Shown here: piece by piece, positions 46,821 to 57,773 of the stretch
Numbering within the stretch: position 1 is the stretch's first letter
Layout: each line of letters opens with the position of its first letter
Assembly: GCA_028868715.1 (NCBI GenBank)
Contig: JAGWUB010000001.1
Location: forward strand, 119,206 to 183,205
Reading direction: 5' to 3'
DNA: 64,000 bases
From: Patescibacteria group bacterium
Lineage (GTDB): Bacteria > Patescibacteriota > Minisyncoccia > Phycocordibacterales > UBA9973
The notes under the pieces: generated by a model
Told to the model about the DNA's origin: nothing
The model's input: only the letters and a program-made list of their open reading frames with translations
The model's database searches: none
Made by a program: the position numbers and the translations under genes

Positions 46821-48083
46821 ATGTACACACGCAACTCGGCCTCTCCGAAAAAATTCGGACGCCCTACTTCTGCGTTTAGAGCGAAACCTCGCTTTAGCGG
46901 AGCAAGAAAATTTAATAACTCTAGACCTGCTTTTAAAAGAAGTGGAGGAGGTAAGCGAAGTCGCGGAGAGCGAATTGATTTTTCACGTTTTATTAAAAAA
47001 GGAGTGCTTGTAGAGGAAAAGCCATATGTTTCTAAGCATACTTTTTCTGATTTTCCTTTTCATGCCCAACTTCATAAAAACATTGCTCGTGCTGGGTATA
47101 TTCATCCGCGCCCAATTCAAGATCAAACTATTCCTACAATCTTAAAAGGCAAGGATGTATTTGGCATGGCCAACACTGGCACTGGCAAGACCGCAGCCTT
47201 TCTGCTTCCACTGATTGAAAAGGTTGTAAAAACCAAAGGACAGAATATGCGCGAAAAAGTTTTAATTATGGCACCGACTCGTGAATTGGCTCTGCAGATA
47301 GAAAGTGATTTTAAAAATTTGGCTTTTGGATTCGGAATGTTTTCAGTCGCTTGTGTTGGTGGTTTGCCAATCAGTAAGCAAATCCGAGAAATACAGATGG
47401 GAGTTTCTTTTATCATTGGTACCCCAGGGCGACTACGAGATCTTCTAGATCGAAAAGTTTTAGATTTATCTACCTGCCATAGTGTGGTCTTAGACGAAGC
47501 AGATAGAATGCTAGACATGGGTTTTCGTGATGAAATGGTTTATATCATCGGCAAGACAGCCACCGAAAGACAAACTCTTTTCTTTTCAGCAACACTTTCG
47601 CCTGAAATTAAAAAATTAACAGAGAAATATTTAAAAGACCCAGTTTTTATCTCGGTGATTTCTGGCGAGACTGCAAAGAATATTGATCAAGATGTGATTC
47701 GTGTCCGAGGTAAAGAAGAAAAGTTAGAAAAATTGCATGAAGTTTTAAATAAAGATGGTTCTGATAAAGTACTTATTTTCCGAGAGATGAAACACAGCGT
47801 GGATGAACTTGCCAAAGAATTAGCCAAACGCGGATTTAAAGTCGGAGGCATTCATGGCGACAAGCGAAGTCGCGAACGCATTCGCATTTTGGATTCATTT
47901 AAGAAAAATCAGATAAATATATTGATTGCCACTGATGTAGCGGCAAGAGGGCTGGATATTCCAGATGTGACTCACGTCATCAACTACGATGTGCCTCAAA
48001 CTTACGATACCTACATTCACCGCATCGGCCGTACTGGTCGCAGTGGTAAAAAAGGAACTGCTCTTACTTTTGTTCCTGCCTAA
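46821..48083 (+). CDS. DEAD-box RNA helicase
   Basis: Q motif, TGTGKT, PTRELA, TPGR, DEAD, SAT, ARGLD, HRIGRTGR. Confidence 0.96.
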   Translation: MYTRNSASPKKFGRPTSAFRAKPRFSGARKFNNSRPAFKRSGGGKRSRGERIDFSRFIKKGVLVEEKPYVSKHTFSDFPFHAQLHKNIARAGYIHPRPIQDQTIPTILKGKDVFGMANTGTGKTAAFLLPLIEKVVKTKGQNMREKVLIMAPTRELALQIESDFKNLAFGFGMFSVACVGGLPISKQIREIQMGVSFIIGTPGRLRDLLDRKVLDLSTCHSVVLDEADRMLDMGFRDEMVYIIGKTATERQTLFFSATLSPEIKKLTEKYLKDPVFISVISGETAKNIDQDVIRVRGKEEKLEKLHEVLNKDGSDKVLIFREMKHSVDELAKELAKRGFKVGGIHGDKRSRERIRILDSFKKNQINILIATDVAARGLDIPDVTHVINYDVPQTYDTYIHRIGRTGRSGKKGTALTFVPA

Positions 48084-48092
48084 AAACTAAAG

Positions 48093-48127
48093 AAGCCCGA
48101 AGACCTCTTTGGTTGGTCTTCGGGCTT
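48093..48127. terminator. Hairpin between convergent genes
   Basis: AAGCCCGAAGACC..GGTCTTCGGGCTT 13-bp stem. Confidence 0.75.
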
Positions 48128-48137
48128 ATGCGACTAT

Positions 48138-48344
48138 TTAAATTACTATGCCGAAGCTCTCTGGTTCCGTTCTGCCTCGATAGATCCTAAGGCACTCAAA
48201 TGAGTGGTAAGATCCTCTACCAGGTAGGTAAATATATATATTTCCTTTCTGGATTTGGTGACCACATTCTAAGCATTTGTGATCCTTTTGCGCCTTTCGT
48301 TCCGAGAAGCCATTACGGACTTCTCTTTCCGTGTCTTTTTTCAT
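48138..48344 (-). CDS. Small putative zinc-binding orphan protein
   Basis: CLEC...HSFEC motif; AGGAG SD upstream. Confidence 0.55.
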   Translation of the reverse strand: MKKDTEREVRNGFSERKAQKDHKCLECGHQIQKGNIYIYLPGRGSYHSFECLRIYRGRTEPESFGIVI

Positions 48345-48400
48345 AGTTTTTGTACACTCCTACGAAAGACATTACTTTATTTTTATTATATAATCAAGAC

Positions 48401-48622
48401 ATGTCACCCATGGAAGATATATCTAAAAAAACTGGAATTTACAATAAAACAAAGATTGATTCATCTCCAAATCTATATATACTTGTTATCAAAGGTTTAG
48501 CAAAAGATAAGGGAATAGAATTTGGAAAAGCTGAAGAAATATTCAGAAAACAACTAGAAGAAGGTGCAGACAGTACGACAAATTTAAAAGCGCTAAACGA
48601 AGCACTCGAATCAATAAAATAA
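48401..48622 (+). CDS. Small hypothetical protein
   Basis: ORF ending at a bidirectional terminator; start uncertain (48401 or 48410). Confidence 0.45.
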   Translation: MSPMEDISKKTGIYNKTKIDSSPNLYILVIKGLAKDKGIEFGKAEEIFRKQLEEGADSTTNLKALNEALESIK

Positions 48623-48652
48623 AAAACCCTCACGATCGTGAGGGTTTTTTTT
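48621..48652. terminator. Bidirectional intrinsic terminator
   Basis: AAAAAACCCTCACG-AT-CGTGAGGGTTTTTT. Confidence 0.85.
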
Positions 48653-48662
48653 AAAAGTTGTT

Positions 48663-48914
48663 TTATTTGGCTTGGATTAGTCCAGCTTTGAGGAGGGTAG
48701 CGTAAGCGCCATTTTTAGTTATCGTTCGCATCCCGCGAGCAGATATTTCTATGCTAACTGTTTTGTTTAATTCAGGAACAAAAAGCCTCTTCTTTTGAAG
48801 ATTTGGGTATTTTCTCTTTTTTCCAGTTGGGTTAAATTTGGTGGCACGAGTTCTATTTGAATACCCGCCCCCGACGATTGAACCTTTCTTTGTTATTGCG
48901 CATATTTTCGGCAT
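48663..48914 (-). CDS. rpmB: 50S ribosomal protein L28
   Basis: KICAITKK, R..PNLQ.KR, ISARGMRTI.K.G. Confidence 0.9.
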   Translation of the reverse strand: MPKICAITKKGSIVGGGYSNRTRATKFNPTGKKRKYPNLQKKRLFVPELNKTVSIEISARGMRTITKNGAYATLLKAGLIQAK

Positions 48915-48942
48915 AGTTTTTTTATGTTATCATTAAAGCTGT

Positions 48943-49563
48943 ATGAATGCAACCAACGCTATATTTTACGTAGCCATCCTAATAATGTCAGTTGTAATCC
49001 ACGAAATTTCACACGGCTTCATGGCCGAGCATTTTGGGGACAAAACTGCCCGAAATGCTGGACGGCTCACCTTGAATCCGCTTCAACACCTGGATTTATT
49101 TGGATCTATAATTTTGCCAGCATTTTTAATCTTGTCTCACGCTGGTTTTCTGTTTGGTTGGGCCAAGCCAGTACCATATAATCCAGATAATTTAAGCAAT
49201 AGAAAATGGGGCACTATAGCTGTGGCCGGAGCCGGAGTAATGGCCAATTTTTTTATCGCAATTGTTTTTGGTTTAATTCTTCGATTTGGTATTTCATTCA
49301 CAACATCTCCAGGCTTTTATTTTATAGTTTCCGCTATCGTCATAGTGAACCTGGCCTTGGCCATATTTAACCTAGTTCCTATCCCGCCACTTGATGGCTC
49401 TAGAATATTCCTATCACTTTTGCCAGAATCTATATATAGATCAATTGAAATTATTGAACGATACTCCATTATCCTACTTGTTATTTTTATTGTATATTTT
49501 TCTAATTATTTATATCCAATCTTAGCTTTCTTATTTCACTTAATTACAGGCCTAAAAATATAG
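48943..49563 (+). CDS. Site-2 protease (M50) family protein
   Basis: HEISH, GRLTLNP, GWAKPVP, FNLVPIPPLDG. Confidence 0.93.
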   Translation: MNATNAIFYVAILIMSVVIHEISHGFMAEHFGDKTARNAGRLTLNPLQHLDLFGSIILPAFLILSHAGFLFGWAKPVPYNPDNLSNRKWGTIAVAGAGVMANFFIAIVFGLILRFGISFTTSPGFYFIVSAIVIVNLALAIFNLVPIPPLDGSRIFLSLLPESIYRSIEIIERYSIILLVIFIVYFSNYLYPILAFLFHLITGLKI

Positions 49564-49570
49564 GTCCCTG

Positions 49571-49600
49571 CCCCGTAGGAAGCTTCGCTTTCCTTCGGGG
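49571..49600. repeat. REP-like GC hairpin with GCTTCGC tip
   Basis: CCCCG-T-AGGAAGC-TTC-GCTTTCCT-T-CGGGG; no T-tract on either strand. Confidence 0.5.
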
Positions 49601-49665
49601 TTGCAATTTAGTTATTTAAATAGTATATTATTGTCAATAGTCCCATGGGGCTATTTTGTTTAGAT

Positions 49666-50082
49666 ATGCCAACAATCAACCAATTAATAAAGAAGAATAG
49701 AACTAAAGTCCACCGTAAACACAAGACGGTTGCTTTGGCTAAGGGGTTTAATGTCTTAAAAAATAGACCAGTTTATTTTCCTAGTCCTTTCAAGCGTGGC
49801 GTTTGTACGAAAGTTTTGACCACTACCCCAAAGAAACCAAACTCAGCATTGCGTAAAATTGCCAGAGTGCGTTTGACCAATGGAATGGAAGTTACCGCTT
49901 ATATCCCAGGAGAAGGCCACAATCTACAAGAACACTCAGTGGTATTGCTGCGCGGAGGACGCGTGAAAGACTTGATCGGAGTAAGATATCATATCGTGCG
50001 TGGAGTGCTGGATACTCAAGGAGTTGAAAAGAGACGACAAAGTCGATCTAGATATGGAACGAAGAAACCCAAAGCTAAATAA
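49666..50082 (+). CDS. rpsL: 30S ribosomal protein S12
   Basis: [35 protein letters not shown]; ATG at 49666. Confidence 0.97.
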   Translation: MPTINQLIKKNRTKVHRKHKTVALAKGFNVLKNRPVYFPSPFKRGVCTKVLTTTPKKPNSALRKIARVRLTNGMEVTAYIPGEGHNLQEHSVVLLRGGRVKDLIGVRYHIVRGVLDTQGVEKRRQSRSRYGTKKPKAK

Positions 50083-50092
50083 TTAAAATAAT

Positions 50093-50563
50093 ATGCGAAG
50101 AAAAGTTAAAAACAGAAATATAGTACAACCAGACTTTATCTACAATTCTCAAAAATTGGAGAAATTTATCAATTACATTATGTGGTCCGGTAAAAAAGAA
50201 ACTTCCCGTAAAGTTGTTTACCAAGCTTTTGATGTAATTAAAGAAAAAACTGGTAATCCAAATCCATTAGAAGTTTTTGATTTGGCTTTAAAAAATGCTG
50301 GCCCACTCACTGAAGTTCGCTCCAAGCGTATCGGTGGCGCAAACTATCAAGTGCCTAGAGAAGTACGAGCTGAGCGACGCCTAGCTTTGTCTATGCGCTG
50401 GATCCGGGATGCGGCTCGCGCTGGTAAAGGACGTCCAATGCATATCAAACTTGCCGATGAGTTAATTGCTGCTTCCAAGAACGAAGGCAGTGCTATTAAA
50501 AAGAAAGACGATACTCACAAAATGGCCGAAGCCAACAAGGCCTTTGCTCACTTTGCATGGTAA
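50093..50563 (+). CDS. rpsG: 30S ribosomal protein S7
   Basis: RIGGANYQVP, HKMAEANKAFAH. Confidence 0.97.
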   Translation: MRRKVKNRNIVQPDFIYNSQKLEKFINYIMWSGKKETSRKVVYQAFDVIKEKTGNPNPLEVFDLALKNAGPLTEVRSKRIGGANYQVPREVRAERRLALSMRWIRDAARAGKGRPMHIKLADELIAASKNEGSAIKKKDDTHKMAEANKAFAHFAW

Positions 50564-50572
50564 TTTAAAATT

Positions 50573-52720
50573 ATGGAACGAGACTATCCCTTAGAAAAAG
50601 TTAGGAATATTGGAATTATTGCGCATATTGATGCGGGTAAGACTACCACGACAGAACGTGTGCTTTTTTATACTGGAGTTTCCCACAAAATAGGAGAAGT
50701 GCATGATGGAGAAACTACTACAGACTGGATGGAACAAGAACGAGAAAGAGGTATAACCATCACGTCCGCGGCGGTTACTTGTTTCTGGACTCCTACATAT
50801 GATTTAAAAAATAAAGCCTTAAAACATCGTTTTAATATTATTGATACTCCTGGACACATCGACTTTACCGTAGAGGTGAAGCGTTCTCTGCGTGTGCTCG
50901 ACGGTGCGGTGGTGGTGTTTGATGGCGTGGCTGGAGTGGAACCTCAGTCTGAGACAAACTGGCGCTATGCTGACGAAGCCAAAGTTCCACGAGTCTGTTT
51001 TGTGAATAAACTAGATAGAACCGGTGCTTCTTTTGAGCATTCTTATTCAACTATTTTAGACAGACTTAGTAAAAAAGCTGTCCGAATGCAGATTCCTATT
51101 GGGCTCGAAGAAAAGCATGAAGGAGTCATAGACTTGCTAAAAATGAAAGCTTATTACTTTGAAGGCAACATGGGTAATGAAGTCAGAGAAGCAGAAATTC
51201 CAGAAGAATTAAAAAAAGAAGCAGAAGGATATCACAATGAGCTTGTAGAAAAAATAGTTGAGACGGATGATGTGATGATGACTGAATATTTGGACGGAAT
51301 TATTCCAGATATCGCGGTTTTAAAGAAAACTCTTCGCAAGGCAGTGATCGCCAATGAAATTTTTCCAGTCTTTGCAGGATCTGCGTTAAAGAACAAAGGT
51401 GTCCAGCTGGTGCTCGATGCAGTAGTGGACTATTTGCCATCACCCCTAGATATTCCTCCTGTGCCTGGCGTTAATCCAGAGACCGAAGAACCAATGGTGC
51501 GACATGCCTCTGACGCAGAGCCATTTTCTGCTCTTGCTTTCAAAGTAGCCACTGACCCATTTGTTGGTCAATTAATTTTCTTCCGAGTTTATTCAGGTAC
51601 GCTTTCTGCTGGTAGTTATATTTACAATCCACGTACTCGCAACAAAGAACGCATCGGCCGAATCTTGCGTATGCATGCCAACGACCGAGAAGAAGTAAAA
51701 CAAGTTTTTGCTGGAGAAATAGCTGCAGCCGTAGGACTGAAAGATACTATAACTTCCGATACTATTTGCGATGAAAACGCTCCGATTATTTTAGACCGAA
51801 TTGTTTTCCCTGAACCAGTCATTTCACTTCGCATTGAACCAAAAACCAAAGCTGACCAAGAAAAAATGGGTATGGCACTTAACCGCCTAGCACAAGAGGA
51901 CCCTACTTTTAAAGTTTCTACCGATCAAGAAACAGGGGAGACTATTATCGCTGGAATGGGAGAATTGCACTTGGAAATTATTGTTGACCGTATGAAGCGT
52001 GAGTTTACTGTAGAGGCTAATGTCGGCAAGCCACAGGTAGCTTACCGTGAGACTATCACTGGCAATTCTTCTGCTGAAGGAAAATACATCAAACAGTCGG
52101 GTGGACGCGGAAACTACGGACACGTGAAGATAAAAGTTAAACCAATGAAACTTTTAACTAAGGAAGAAATAGAAGATTTACCAAAAAATACAAAACGTGC
52201 GCCTGGATTTGAATTTATCAACAGCATCAAAGGGGGAGTCATCCCGCAAGAATACATCGCACCTTGTGAAAAAGGATTCAAAGAAGGACTTGATCGCGGA
52301 ATTTTAGCTGGATTTAAAATGGTAAATGTTTCCGTAGAACTTTGGGACGGAAGTTATCACGAAGTGGACTCCAACGAAATGGCTTTCAAAATTGCTTCAT
52401 CCATGGCTATCCAAGATGCTTGCCGAGCTGCTAGCCCAGTAATTCTAGAACCAATGATGAAAGTTGAAGTCGTGACTCCAGACAAATTTATGGGAGACGT
52501 AACCGGAAATCTTTCGAGTAAACGTGGACTTATTGAAGCTATGGAAGATCGCGGAATGAACAAAGTTATCAAAGCCATTGTGCCTCTTTCTGAAATGTTT
52601 GGATATATGACCGGCCTACGGTCCATGACTGAAGGTCGCGCTTCTTTCACTATGGAATTCTTCCGCTACGACATTGTCCCTCAAAACGTCGCCGAAACTA
52701 TTATCACTGCAAGAAAATAA
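50573..52720 (+). CDS. fusA: Elongation factor G
   Basis: [40 protein letters not shown]. Confidence 0.98.
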   Translation: MERDYPLEKVRNIGIIAHIDAGKTTTTERVLFYTGVSHKIGEVHDGETTTDWMEQERERGITITSAAVTCFWTPTYDLKNKALKHRFNIIDTPGHIDFTVEVKRSLRVLDGAVVVFDGVAGVEPQSETNWRYADEAKVPRVCFVNKLDRTGASFEHSYSTILDRLSKKAVRMQIPIGLEEKHEGVIDLLKMKAYYFEGNMGNEVREAEIPEELKKEAEGYHNELVEKIVETDDVMMTEYLDGIIPDIAVLKKTLRKAVIANEIFPVFAGSALKNKGVQLVLDAVVDYLPSPLDIPPVPGVNPETEEPMVRHASDAEPFSALAFKVATDPFVGQLIFFRVYSGTLSAGSYIYNPRTRNKERIGRILRMHANDREEVKQVFAGEIAAAVGLKDTITSDTICDENAPIILDRIVFPEPVISLRIEPKTKADQEKMGMALNRLAQEDPTFKVSTDQETGETIIAGMGELHLEIIVDRMKREFTVEANVGKPQVAYRETITGNSSAEGKYIKQSGGRGNYGHVKIKVKPMKLLTKEEIEDLPKNTKRAPGFEFINSIKGGVIPQEYIAPCEKGFKEGLDRGILAGFKMVNVSVELWDGSYHEVDSNEMAFKIASSMAIQDACRAASPVILEPMMKVEVVTPDKFMGDVTGNLSSKRGLIEAMEDRGMNKVIKAIVPLSEMFGYMTGLRSMTEGRASFTMEFFRYDIVPQNVAETIITARK

Positions 52721-52750
52721 AAAACTACTCGATCCGAGTAGTTTTTTTTT
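52719..52750 (+). terminator. Terminator after fusA
   Basis: AAAAACTACTCG-ATC-CGAGTAGTTTTTT. Confidence 0.85.
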
Positions 52751-52866
52751 ATTGATTGACATTTATTTTGAGAATGCTACACCTAAGGTAGAGCCCGATT
52801 TTCTGGCACCTGTTTCGGCAGTTTAAACCGACTTAGCTTTTTGAAATTCAATAAAAGGAGGAGACC

Positions 52867-53682
52867 ATGAAAAGGTTTCAAACATTATTTATATTAATGT
52901 TAGTGCTTTGCGTATTTCCATTGTTTGGCCAAAAACTTAGTAGAATCTCCTCGAGGCCATTGGAGATTAAACAAGTTAAGGCGAGTTTGGAAGAAATCGA
53001 ATGGGCTAAAAATACTGGGCAGGCGAATTCCCCGGACTGCCTAAATGGAGAAATCATCAATGATCCAGCATTAGAAAAGTACTTGGATAGCTTAGTAAAA
53101 AAGGTACTTTCCAGAGCACCAAGTTACTTCAAAGGTTTTGCTTACAAAGTTAGAGTCATAAAAAATCCATGGCTCTATGCTTTAGCATTTCCCAACGGCG
53201 AAATTTTTATTGGTTCTAAATTTTTTTATAGTTTGGAATTCGAGGATGTACTGGTCGGGATGTTAGCCCACGAGATATCTCACGTGGCATTGCGTCATAA
53301 GATCGGCGAGTTTCAAATGAGTAGGAAGCTTCAGAATGAACAATTGAAATTTGTCGGCAAAGCAAAAGACTTTGCACGTATAGAAAATAGAAATTCAGTT
53401 TTATTGGCGAAATATTTTCAGTACCATGAAACTGAGTCAGACTTGATGGCTATTCGTATATTACTGATGGTCGGATACGACGCAAGTAAGTATTCGGAAT
53501 ACATGCTCATGCATTTTGTTAATGATAAAAATGACAAAGAGCATCCGTCAGCCCAAAAACGATTTGCCAATACCTCCAAGGAGATCGAGGTGTGGAAGAG
53601 AATTTTACATTCTTGGAAACCAATTCCGCACCCAATGATAAACTCTTTTTTGGAATATCGAAGCACTCTTTATTCTAGATAG
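52867..53682 (+). CDS. Secreted M48-family zinc metallopeptidase
   Basis: Signal peptide, A.A.PNG.I, LAHEISHV, E.ESD, HP....R; AAGGAGG SD. Confidence 0.8.
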   Translation: MKRFQTLFILMLVLCVFPLFGQKLSRISSRPLEIKQVKASLEEIEWAKNTGQANSPDCLNGEIINDPALEKYLDSLVKKVLSRAPSYFKGFAYKVRVIKNPWLYALAFPNGEIFIGSKFFYSLEFEDVLVGMLAHEISHVALRHKIGEFQMSRKLQNEQLKFVGKAKDFARIENRNSVLLAKYFQYHETESDLMAIRILLMVGYDASKYSEYMLMHFVNDKNDKEHPSAQKRFANTSKEIEVWKRILHSWKPIPHPMINSFLEYRSTLYSR

Positions 53683-53707
53683 AGAAAACTTATCATTTTT
53701 CAATTTT

Positions 53708-53735
53708 CGCCCCGCAGCAATGTCGGGGCGCTTTT
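53708..53735. terminator. Hairpin between convergent genes
   Basis: CGCCCCG..CGGGGCG followed by a T-tract. Confidence 0.7.
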
Positions 53736-54274
53736 TATTTTTTGTCCTGATCTAAAAAATTTAGATATTCTTGGAGCAGTTCCCATTGCTCCCCAAAATT
53801 ACTGTCGGCAGATTCTAAATCCATTGCGTTGTAATATGTATCCATTACATCCTTCACTGCAAAACCTGCAAAGTTGGCTTTGAAAACTAGCGCATGCATG
53901 TGCTCGTGGCAGATGGTCACGTAGTCTAACTCTGGCGGATTTAATTCGTCAGTTAAAATATCGATGAAAGGTTGACTAGCGGGGCAGTAGCAGAACCCTG
54001 TCGGAATATTTGGTGGCGGGAATTCTCGGCCATTGAAAACAAAGGAAGTGAAATCATAACTTTCATCTATGGGTACCACTTGTTCCATATATGGCTGAAG
54101 TAATATTCTTTCTCCTTGTGGAAACTGCACCTTGATATATGACAAATTCTGATAATCTGACTCTATAAATTCAAAGTCTATATCTACTCCGTGCCTATGA
54201 AAATAATCCTCCGCTCGTTTATACAGCATCTCATAGTCTACGGCCACTCGATTGATGTAAACTTTTTCTTTCAT
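53735..54274 (-). CDS. Hypothetical protein with HEXXH zincin motif
   Basis: ICHEHMHAL followed by DVMD; acidic 179-aa ORF. Confidence 0.6.
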   Translation of the reverse strand: MKEKVYINRVAVDYEMLYKRAEDYFHRHGVDIDFEFIESDYQNLSYIKVQFPQGERILLQPYMEQVVPIDESYDFTSFVFNGREFPPPNIPTGFCYCPASQPFIDILTDELNPPELDYVTICHEHMHALVFKANFAGFAVKDVMDTYYNAMDLESADSNFGEQWELLQEYLNFLDQDKK

Positions 54275-54484
54275 TATCTGATTTTAGCATGATTTTACGG
54301 GGATAATTATATTTGACAATGTTTTTTAATCTGCTATTATGTAGGCAACTGCACTTTTGCAGTTTTTCTATTGGTTTTCCAGTAGTTAATTTGCAAGTAG
54401 CAATTATTAGTTAATATATAGTTAGTAATTAAGCCTTAGCGACTGGTTGTCGTACGTTAAGTTTTAACTATTAATCACAAAAAT

Positions 54485-55678
54485 ATGGCAGAAGAATTTA
54501 AAAGAGATAAGCCACACGTAAATGTGGGAACCATTGGTCACGTTGACCATGGAAAGACTACTTTAACAGCTGCAATTTTGCACGTGTTAAATTTAGCAGG
54601 AAAAACAGTTCGTCTTCGAGACGTTGGTCAAATTGACAATGCTCCAGAAGAAAAAGCTCGTGGAATTACGATTAACATCTCTCACAATGAGTATGCTACT
54701 GACGCTCGTCACTATGCACACATTGATGCCCCTGGACACGCTGATTACATAAAGAACATGATTACTGGTGCTGCTCAAATGGACGGTGCTATTCTTGTAG
54801 TTGCGGCAACTGACGGTGCTATGCCTCAGACTCGTGAGCACGTTCTCCTTGCAAAGCAAGTAGGTGTGCCAAAGATAATTGTATTCTTAAACAAGTGCGA
54901 CATGGTTGACGACAAAGACATGATTGACCTAGTTGAAGAAGAAATTCGTGAGCTTTTGACAAAGCAAGGATTTGACGGCGCAGGCGCTCCAGTTATCCGT
55001 GGTTCTGCTCTTAAGGCCTTAGAAGCAAAGTCAATTGACGATGAATGGGCAAAGAAAATTATTGAACTTACCGATGCACTTGATACTTACATCCCAGTTC
55101 CTGAACGAGATGTTACCAAGCCTTTCTTGATGCCAGTAGAAGACATCTTCTCAATTGAAGGCCGAGGTACAGTTGTTACTGGAAAAATTGAAAGAGGTGT
55201 AGTCAAAGTTGGTGAAGAAGTGGAAATTGTTGGAATTAAAGCTACTCAAAAATCTGTAGTTACTGGAATTGAAATGTTCAACAAAAATCTTCAAGAAGGT
55301 ATGGCCGGAGACAACGCTGGTATTCTTCTTCGAGGTCTTAAAAAAGAAGACATTACTCGTGGACAGGTGCTTTCTAAGCCTGGAACTACTACTCCACACG
55401 ATAACTTTACAGCTGAAATATACGTTTTGAAAAAAGAAGAAGGTGGACGACACACTCCTTTCTTCAAGGGTTACAAGCCTCAGTTCTACATCCGTACGAC
55501 AGATGTGACTGGTGATGTTACTCTAGCAGAAGGTACAGAGATGGTTATGCCAGGAGATACAGTAAAGATTACAGTTAAATTAGTAACTCCAGTGGCCCTC
55601 GAAGAGTCACAGAGATTTGCTATCCGTGAAGGAGGCAAGACTGTCGGTGCCGGAGTAGTTACTAAGATCTTGGGCTAA
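54485..55678 (+). CDS. tuf: Elongation factor Tu
   Basis: [38 protein letters not shown]. Confidence 0.98.
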   Translation: MAEEFKRDKPHVNVGTIGHVDHGKTTLTAAILHVLNLAGKTVRLRDVGQIDNAPEEKARGITINISHNEYATDARHYAHIDAPGHADYIKNMITGAAQMDGAILVVAATDGAMPQTREHVLLAKQVGVPKIIVFLNKCDMVDDKDMIDLVEEEIRELLTKQGFDGAGAPVIRGSALKALEAKSIDDEWAKKIIELTDALDTYIPVPERDVTKPFLMPVEDIFSIEGRGTVVTGKIERGVVKVGEEVEIVGIKATQKSVVTGIEMFNKNLQEGMAGDNAGILLRGLKKEDITRGQVLSKPGTTTPHDNFTAEIYVLKKEEGGRHTPFFKGYKPQFYIRTTDVTGDVTLAEGTEMVMPGDTVKITVKLVTPVALEESQRFAIREGGKTVGAGVVTKILG

Positions 55679-55716
55679 ATTAGTTAATTGTTAATTGAGT
55701 TAAAAAAAGTTCTTTC

Positions 55717-56154
55717 ATGCCAACAACAGAAAAAAAATTAAAAAAGACCCCGACTAAAAAAGTAGGGATCAAAGCTACTAAAGAAAAAATTTCTTCCAAA
55801 AAAGATAAAGTTGAAAAGGCAAGCACTCGACTAGGTGGGGAGAAAGATAAAGTCATTCTTCGCATACGTGTACGAGCGTACGAGAGTAAAATTATTGATA
55901 GCTCAGTCAAGCAAATTATGGACACAGCTACTCGATACGATGCAATCATTGTCGGACCAGTGCCTCTGCCAACTGAAATTAAAAAATATACAGTCAATCG
56001 CTCAGCTTTTATTTACAAGAACGCTAGAGAACAATTTGAAATTAGAGTTCACAAAAGATTGATCGACATTGTAAACCCTTCTCCAAAAACAATCGAAGCC
56101 CTTACCAACCTGTCACTTCCTTCTGGAGTTGATATTGACGTGAAGATGTTGTAA
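55717..56154 (+). CDS. rpsJ: 30S ribosomal protein S10 with Lys-rich N-terminal extension
   Basis: RIRVRAY, GPVPLPT, REQFEIRVHKRLIDI, LPSGVDI. Confidence 0.95.
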   Translation: MPTTEKKLKKTPTKKVGIKATKEKISSKKDKVEKASTRLGGEKDKVILRIRVRAYESKIIDSSVKQIMDTATRYDAIIVGPVPLPTEIKKYTVNRSAFIYKNAREQFEIRVHKRLIDIVNPSPKTIEALTNLSLPSGVDIDVKML

Positions 56155-56158
56155 TTTT

Positions 56159-56773
56159 ATGAAATTTATCTTGGGAACAAAAGAAAATATGACAGAGTAC
56201 TTTTCTCCCGAGGGAGTAGTTTTTCCTGTTACCATAATTTCAGCTGGGCCGGTGACAGTGACTAGAGTTTTTTCTAAAGCTAAAGACGGTTACGACTCTG
56301 TTCAAGTTGGTTTTGGAGCTCAAAAAAAAGAAAGAGTCAGCAAGGGAAGAGCAGGAGCCATGAAAGGTGCCTTTTATAAATATCTTAAAGAATTCAGATT
56401 AAAAGAAGGGGCTACCTCAGAAGTAAAAGAGGGAGACAACATAGACGTTTCAGTCTTTGCTCCTGGGGACAAAATTGTGGTTTCCAGTATATCAAAAGGT
56501 AAAGGTTTTCAGGGTGTGGTAAAGCGCCATGGATTCAAGGGAGGTCCACGTACTCATGGTCAAAAACATTCTGAAAGAGAGGCTGGAAGTATCGGAGGAG
56601 GTCTACGAACTCATGTACCTAAAGGAATGAGAATGGCCGGCAGAATGGGTTCAGATAGAATAACCCAAAAGAATTTGAAAGTTGTTTTTGTAGATAAAGA
56701 AAATAACCTTATGCTTATCAAAGGGGCGGTATCAGGCAGACGCGGAACTTTAGTTGAAGTCGTTGCAAAATAA
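56159..56773 (+). CDS. rplC: 50S ribosomal protein L3
   Basis: DGYDSVQVG, SKGKGFQGVVKRH, GMRMAGRMG. Confidence 0.96.
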   Translation: MKFILGTKENMTEYFSPEGVVFPVTIISAGPVTVTRVFSKAKDGYDSVQVGFGAQKKERVSKGRAGAMKGAFYKYLKEFRLKEGATSEVKEGDNIDVSVFAPGDKIVVSSISKGKGFQGVVKRHGFKGGPRTHGQKHSEREAGSIGGGLRTHVPKGMRMAGRMGSDRITQKNLKVVFVDKENNLMLIKGAVSGRRGTLVEVVAK

Positions 56774-56775
56774 TT

Positions 56776-57471
56776 ATGGAAGCAAAAACAGACAAAAAAA
56801 TAAAAGATAAAATGGAAGCAAAAATCTATGACCAAAAGGGAGGTGTAGCTGGCAGTATTGATTTACCAGCAAAAGTTTTTGCCGCTAAATGGCGCAGTGA
56901 CTTGGTGCACCAAGTCGTGGAAGGTATGCGTTCCAACAAACGCGCTGGTACAGCTGATACCAAGGGTCGTGGTGAAGTCAGAGGTGGAGGCAAGAAACCT
57001 TGGAAGCAAAAGGGAACTGGCCGTGCTCGACATGGATCTTCTCGTAGTCCTATCTGGGTTGGTGGCGGAGTTACTCATGGACCTCTAGCCGAAAAGAATT
57101 ATAAAAGAAAAATTTCAAAAAAAATGCGTGCCCAAGCTCTCTTTTCTGTTCTATCTAAAAAATTAAAAGATAATGAAATAATTTTTGTTGATACCCTTAC
57201 CCAATCTGACATCAAAACAAAAAAAGGAGTAGAAGTAATTAAAAATTTGGCAAAAGCTTCTGGGTTTCCGACGCTGGCAACTTCTAAAAAACCTAGAGCG
57301 CTGACAGCTCTTTTTGGACGAAGTGAAAAGACAGAAAAAAGTTTTAGAAATATTCCATCCCTACAAATTGTATTTCTTAAAAATTTGAATCCACTAGATG
57401 TTTTAAATCGTAAATATCTTGTAATAGAAAATCCGACTGAAGCAGTAAAATTTTTAGAATCTAGAAGTTAA
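56776..57471 (+). CDS. rplD: 50S ribosomal protein L4
   Basis: RGEVRGGGKKPWKQKGTGRARHGS.RSPIW.GGG. Confidence 0.97.
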   Translation: MEAKTDKKIKDKMEAKIYDQKGGVAGSIDLPAKVFAAKWRSDLVHQVVEGMRSNKRAGTADTKGRGEVRGGGKKPWKQKGTGRARHGSSRSPIWVGGGVTHGPLAEKNYKRKISKKMRAQALFSVLSKKLKDNEIIFVDTLTQSDIKTKKGVEVIKNLAKASGFPTLATSKKPRALTALFGRSEKTEKSFRNIPSLQIVFLKNLNPLDVLNRKYLVIENPTEAVKFLESRS

Positions 57472-57482
57472 AAAATACACAA

Positions 57483-57755
57483 ATGATTACAAATTTTATT
57501 AAAAATCCAAGAATTACCGAAAAAGCATCATTTGCCGCAGAGCAAAATGTTTACACTTTTAATGTTTCTAATTCTGCGAACAAGACAGAAATAAAGAAAG
57601 CAATTTTTGCACTCTACAAAGTGCATCCCGTTAAAGTAAACGTTTTACCAATTCCAAAGAAAAATATTATTTCCAAAGGTAAAAAGGGAGTTCGTGGCGG
57701 TGGAAGGAAAGCGCTTGTTTACTTAAAAGCTGGGGATAAGATAGAAATTATTTAG
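57483..57755 (+). CDS. rplW: 50S ribosomal protein L23
   Basis: PRITEKA, ANKTEIKKAI, RKALVYL. Confidence 0.95.
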   Translation: MITNFIKNPRITEKASFAAEQNVYTFNVSNSANKTEIKKAIFALYKVHPVKVNVLPIPKKNIISKGKKGVRGGGRKALVYLKAGDKIEII

Positions 57756-57773
57756 GCATATCGAATTAATATA

